This document shows positions 59,996-64,000 of a stretch of 64,000 nt of DNA, piece by piece. The translations under genes were made by a program, and so were the position numbers. The DNA comes from an uncultured Ignavibacteriaceae bacterium (GTDB taxonomy: Bacteria; Bacteroidota; Ignavibacteria; UBA10030), in assembly GCA_964581115.1 (NCBI GenBank), contig CAZOMY010000001.1, positions 105,874 to 169,873 on the forward strand. Direction: 5' to 3'. The first letter of the stretch is position 1, and the number at the start of each line of letters is the position of its first letter. The notes under the pieces were generated by a model. The model worked only from the letters and a program-made list of their open reading frames with translations. It did not search any database and was not told where the DNA came from.

Positions 59996-60928
59996 CTATT
60001 GAATTACGATCTCACGCATGAGCAGTGCCCCATTCTTGAGAATATCACCCACCTCTCCGCCAGCGCTCGACCTGAGAAGACGGTCCATGAACTCCGTTGC
60101 GCCCGCGCGACTTTGTGCACAGATACGCAATTGGAATTCCAGACCTTTCCCCAGCCCGAGCTTTCTCTGCATCAGAGCCACTTGACTGGGGTTCTGCTCC
60201 TGCCACGCGTCATCCAGCGCTGAGATGAGTCCGCGTCGAAGCTGATCGTACGGCATGGGTCCCTTGGCGAACAGCAGGATCGCCTCCATTCCCTTTGGCA
60301 CTCCCGTCTCGCCCCTTCGGTGCACCATGTTGTGGACGGCGAACGTCATCGCCGCAGCTTCACGGATGTGCTTGCCGTGCAGGGAGGCGTAAATACCCAT
60401 GCGGTCTCGAACGATGTGCTCGAGGATATCGAGATTCAGGCCGCCGTCGACCAGAAAGGTCGACTCGAAGACGGGGGGAGAAGCCTTCGTCGACTTGAAA
60501 CCTAGCTCCGTAAGCAATCGCTTGCCCGCTGTCGTTGCGTGCTTCAGCGGGCCCGTTTTCAAGGGATCGACATCGAACTTCCCTTCGGTCGACCAGACCG
60601 GGCCGAGCGCACCGTGCGGAATGACCGTCGAGATCGTCGACTCCATCTGTTCAGTCACAACGCGTTTGATTTCGGCCACGTCGGACTGTAGTGGCGTCGT
60701 CAGGAATTGCAGAAGATTACCACGGATCGCCTGGACGGCTCGCTCGGCTACGTCACGGCGATAGTCGTTCCACCTGGAACTGGCCGCTCCGGCCTCAGCC
60801 CGCACGGTCCGATGCATTTCGAGCATGTTCTTCTGGTAATCCCGTGCCGGGATCGCCGGCGACGGCTGATGGATGATCGAATACTGGATCGCCGGCCGTT
60901 CAAATTCGAGTGCGCGGTAAATGCTCAT
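59996..60928 (-). CDS. Hypothetical protein, 310 aa
   Basis: Long ORF with coding-like composition. I could not assign it to a family by eye. Confidence 0.5.
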   Translation of the reverse strand: MSIYRALEFERPAIQYSIIHQPSPAIPARDYQKNMLEMHRTVRAEAGAASSRWNDYRRDVAERAVQAIRGNLLQFLTTPLQSDVAEIKRVVTEQMESTISTVIPHGALGPVWSTEGKFDVDPLKTGPLKHATTAGKRLLTELGFKSTKASPPVFESTFLVDGGLNLDILEHIVRDRMGIYASLHGKHIREAAAMTFAVHNMVHRRGETGVPKGMEAILLFAKGPMPYDQLRRGLISALDDAWQEQNPSQVALMQRKLGLGKGLEFQLRICAQSRAGATEFMDRLLRSSAGGEVGDILKNGALLMREIVIQ

Positions 60929-61163
60929 GGGAAGTCGTCCAAGCGTTTTGATCGCGTGACGGATTCAGTCGACGGGTCCATCAGATCCAACGAAACCGTC
61001 GTCGAACGGGAAGGTATCGATGATCCTGCCTTGCATTTCTGTGGTGCTCGCTGCAACAGACCGCCCCATCTTTTGCACTGACCGATCGATGTCATCGTGG
61101 AGAGCGTTGTACGATGCCACGACCGACGCGATCGAAGACACAGGAGGACGTGATGGAGCGGCG

Positions 61164-62912
61164 CTAGCCGGTGCTCCGGATCTCCCGGAAGTATTTCTCC
61201 ACCCGTGCCAACGTCCACGTATTTACGACGTCTGCGGCTTCGAGTCCGCCCTTCCGTGCGATCCCGACGCCGTAACGAACATGGGTCAGCTCGGCGACCG
61301 TGTGCGCATCCGGATTGACGAAAATGCGAACGCCCAGCTCTTTGGCCAGCGTGAGCCAGCGCCAATCGAGGTCGAGCCTCATCGGATGGGAGTTGATCTC
61401 GATCGCCTTTCCGTGATCGGCAGCCGCCTTCAACACCTCGCGCATGTTCACGGGATAGCCTTCCCGGCCAAGGAGTAGCCGTCCAGTCGGATGCCCTAGG
61501 ATCGTCGTATACCGGCTCGTGATAGCCTTCACAAGGCGCTTTGTCGCCTCCGACTCGGTCATGTTGAACTTGCTGTGGATCGATGCCACAACGTAGTCGA
61601 ATGAAGCCAGGATCTTGGACGGGTAGTCGAGCGACCCGTCCGGCAAGATATCGCACTCCGTGCCTTTGAAGATCCGGAATCCCTTCATGCTGGCGTTCAG
61701 CGCATCCACTTCGGCGTGCTGCTGTTTCAACCGTTCGGGAGAGAGTCCGCCGGCGTACGCCGCCGCGCCGCTATGGTCGGCGACGCCCCAGTAGGCCCAC
61801 CCCAACTTCCGAGCGGCCTCCGCCATCTCGGCGAGCGAATTCCGACCGTCACTGTAGGTGGTGTGGCAATGGAGGGTGCCCCGTAGGTCTTCGAGCGTGA
61901 TCAGGTCGGGGATCGCACGTCGCTCGGCCAGGTCGAATTCAATCTGGCCTTCGCGAAGCTCCGGAGGAATGTACGCCATTCCAAGCGCCCGGTAGATATC
62001 CGCTTCGTCCTTGACCGACGGCAGTCGCCTGGGACCCTGCGGCAGACGCGTGAAACCGTACTCATTCAGGCTCAAGCCGATCTTCCGGGCACGTGCGCGC
62101 ATCTCGACGTTGTGCTCCTTGCTGCCCGTGAAATAGTTGAGCGCGAACGGGAATTCCGTGGACGTGACGATCCTCAGGTCGCAGGACATTCCCGGCCGGA
62201 GTTGGACGGTGCATTTGGTCTCGCCGTCATTCACGACCCGAGTGACCAGGGGATGCGTTGCGAAGGCCCTTCTCACTGACGCAGCGACCTTGGCGGGAGC
62301 GGCGACAAGAAGATCAATATCGCCGATGGTCTCCTTGCGCCTCCGCAGACTTCCGGCGGCCTCGCATCGCTCGACTCCATTGATCGCGGTCAACGTCGAC
62401 ACGATGGCCCCGGCCGCTTCTTCAGCGACCGGATAAAGCCATCGGCTGGAGAACTGCCTCCGGGATTCGATGGACCGAAGGATGTTCTCCTCCATCTTTT
62501 CGCCGAATCCCTCGAGCCGGGCGACCCGATGCTCCTTGCAGGCCTTCGCGAGGGCTTCAAGCGATGCGACCTTGAGGTCTTTCCAGATGATCCTGACACG
62601 CTTGGGACCAAGCCCTTGGAGACGCGTCATCTCCAGAACGCCTTCAGGAACACCCTTCTTCAATTCGTCATACTCTTTCGACCGGCCGGTCAGCGCAAGG
62701 TCGGAGATCACTTTTTCCAATCCTTCGCCGATCCCCTTGATCTGGCGGAGCGTCCCTTTGCGGGCCCTTTCCGCCAGGTCGTCGGTGACACCTTCGAGCG
62801 TTCGAGCTGCGGCATGGAACGCGCGGCTCTTGAAGGGATTCGCACCCTGAAGCTCTAGAAGCGTTCCCATCTCCTCCAGGAGGGCGGCGATCTGCTTGAC
62901 ATTATTGCTCAT
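61164..62912 (-). CDS. polX: DNA polymerase X family protein with C-terminal PHP domain
   Basis: Pol beta-like N-terminus with HhH (IKGIGEGL) and a nucleotidyltransferase region (GSLRRRKETIGDIDLLV), then a PHP domain (LHCHTTYSDG). Confidence 0.9.
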   Translation of the reverse strand: MSNNVKQIAALLEEMGTLLELQGANPFKSRAFHAAARTLEGVTDDLAERARKGTLRQIKGIGEGLEKVISDLALTGRSKEYDELKKGVPEGVLEMTRLQGLGPKRVRIIWKDLKVASLEALAKACKEHRVARLEGFGEKMEENILRSIESRRQFSSRWLYPVAEEAAGAIVSTLTAINGVERCEAAGSLRRRKETIGDIDLLVAAPAKVAASVRRAFATHPLVTRVVNDGETKCTVQLRPGMSCDLRIVTSTEFPFALNYFTGSKEHNVEMRARARKIGLSLNEYGFTRLPQGPRRLPSVKDEADIYRALGMAYIPPELREGQIEFDLAERRAIPDLITLEDLRGTLHCHTTYSDGRNSLAEMAEAARKLGWAYWGVADHSGAAAYAGGLSPERLKQQHAEVDALNASMKGFRIFKGTECDILPDGSLDYPSKILASFDYVVASIHSKFNMTESEATKRLVKAITSRYTTILGHPTGRLLLGREGYPVNMREVLKAAADHGKAIEINSHPMRLDLDWRWLTLAKELGVRIFVNPDAHTVAELTHVRYGVGIARKGGLEAADVVNTWTLARVEKYFREIRSTG

Positions 62913-63913
62913 GTCGTCGCACTGACAGGTTCCTGCGGAAGACTATGGAGAAAACTTCGGTAGCGAAGCAGGATCCCCTCGACACCGGCGTATGTCTCTG
63001 GCACCATCAGATCCTGGCGCACTTTCGAGGCGTGCGGGAGTCCATGGAGATATCCGCTGTAGTGCTTCCGGTACTCAAGGACCGCCTTGCGCTCGCCTTT
63101 GAACTCAACGGCCATCCTCATGTGGTCGAGGATCTGCTCGAATCGTTCGTCGATCGAGGGACCCGGGAGAAGCCGTCCCGTCGCGAGATAATGCTTGATC
63201 TCGCGGAAGATCCACGGATTGGTGATGGCTGCTCGTGCGATCATGATGCCATCGGCCCCCGTCTCGCGATAGACGCGCTCGGCATCCTGTGCGGTGTTGA
63301 TCCCTCCGTTCACGATGATCGGCATGCGTACGGCCGACTTGACCTTGGGGATCCAGGAATAGTCGGCGTCACCCTTATGGCCTTGTGCCCGCGTACGACA
63401 ATGCACGGTCAGTGCCTTCACGCCGAGGTCTTCGAGCATCTGCGCCACCTCGACGATCTTGATGCTCTCCGCGTCCCATCCAAGCCGGGTTTTGACGGTC
63501 ACCGGAAGCCTCACGGCTCTGATCACGCGGTCGACGAGCCTGCCCATTTTGGGAATGTCCTTGAGCAGACCCGCTCCCGCACCCCGCATCGCGATATCCT
63601 TGACCCAGCATCCGCAATTGATATCGATCAGGTCGGGCTGGACCTCTTCCGACAGTCGAGCCGCCTGCTCCATCGATTCTTCCACACCGCCGTAGATCTG
63701 AATGCCGAACGGGCGCTCTGCTTCAGTGAAGACCATCTTCTTGCGTGTCTTCGCTGATTCCCGGATAAGACCTTCGGCGTTCACGAATTCGGTATAGACG
63801 ATGTCGGCCCCGAGACGCTTGCAGACGAGCCGAAACGGCATGTCGGTGACATCCTCCATCGGAGCGAGCAGGATCGGGCGATCGAAGTCGTATGGACCGA
63901 TGGAGAACGGCAT
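62909..63913 (-). CDS. tRNA-dihydrouridine synthase
   Basis: LAPMEDVTDMPFR...IDINCGC...TVHCRTR are Dus family motifs. Confidence 0.9.
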   Translation of the reverse strand: MPFSIGPYDFDRPILLAPMEDVTDMPFRLVCKRLGADIVYTEFVNAEGLIRESAKTRKKMVFTEAERPFGIQIYGGVEESMEQAARLSEEVQPDLIDINCGCWVKDIAMRGAGAGLLKDIPKMGRLVDRVIRAVRLPVTVKTRLGWDAESIKIVEVAQMLEDLGVKALTVHCRTRAQGHKGDADYSWIPKVKSAVRMPIIVNGGINTAQDAERVYRETGADGIMIARAAITNPWIFREIKHYLATGRLLPGPSIDERFEQILDHMRMAVEFKGERKAVLEYRKHYSGYLHGLPHASKVRQDLMVPETYAGVEGILLRYRSFLHSLPQEPVSATT

Positions 63914-64000
63914 GGACCGGCGCGAGGTGTGCTGAAGCGTGATTGGTTGAATGAATTCCGTCGAAGATCGCTCACATCGCGGAGACGATAGCGTCGGCCA

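Noticed and set aside
60925-61656. 243-aa ORF overlapping the PolX C-terminal region
   Set aside because: It is an Arg-rich alternative frame of polX and is not supported.
1-64000. CRISPR arrays, tRNA genes, IS elements
   Set aside because: I saw no spaced direct repeats and no tRNA T-arm motif (GTTCRANYC) other than in tmRNA. I saw no transposase or integrase-like ORFs.

Overview
This window is a high-GC (about 62%) stretch of bacterial chromosome, densely packed with roughly 65 genes. Almost all are core housekeeping genes; I found no CRISPR array, transposase or integrase. Read left to right it contains: (1) the 3' end of a TrpG/PabA-type glutamine amidotransferase gene, fused by an ATGA overlap to a sugar-type ABC importer (lipoprotein binding protein plus two permeases, no ATPase); (2) the conserved rimP-nusA-infB-rbfA-truB-ribF-rpsO-pnp block, preceded by a sigma70-like promoter and a promoter-proximal hairpin with a U8 tract; (3) aroA and a MalK-like ABC ATPase; (4) bshC (bacillithiol synthesis) divergent from heme O synthase; (5) a nucleoside-salvage operon cdd-tdk-nupC-punA; (6) a stand-alone triple-PASTA membrane protein coupled to rpe, then nagA; (7) an Lrp/AsnC regulator with a consensus sigma70 promoter leading directly into glnA; (8) an enoyl-CoA hydratase, apt, bcp and a tryptophanase/tyrosine-phenol-lyase family enzyme; (9) a Yip1-type membrane protein and an ABM-like small protein; (10) a secreted group comprising an M28/PA/PDZ peptidase, an SDR enzyme and a TolB-like propeller; (11) a Rof-like Rho antiterminator homologue and a secreted peroxiredoxin; (12) a 535-nt promoter-bearing gap holding a possible small membrane ORF, followed by a TonB-dependent receptor and a lipoprotein; (13) SDR, yqeY, cvpA and mutS2; (14) accC followed by an overlapping BCCP-like gene in non-canonical order; (15) purL, which is conspicuously lower in GC (about 52%), then dagK-like, dapF and a histidine-kinase/OmpR two-component pair; (16) tmRNA (ssrA) on the minus strand, with predicted tag A-N-N-T-Y-A-L-A-A; (17) a tight seven-gene minus-strand array: glcD-like, rhomboid, glcF-like, an NDT-like protein, a membrane metallophosphoesterase, ygfZ and a LOG-family enzyme; (18) a small Cys-rich lipoprotein, an HD hydrolase, nth, a 310-aa hypothetical, PolX and a Dus enzyme. 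The absence of clear Shine-Dalgarno sites, the CarboxypepD-type TonB receptor, bshC, and the PASTA gene beside rpe point weakly to an FCB-group-like high-GC lineage such as Rhodothermaeota. I could not identify any clearly novel defence or mobile system. The candidates most worth a second look are the seven-gene array carrying two SLOG-superfamily enzymes, the gap upstream of the TonB receptor, the Cys-rich lipoprotein, the Rof-like gene, the orphan accC/BCCP pair and the purL composition shift.
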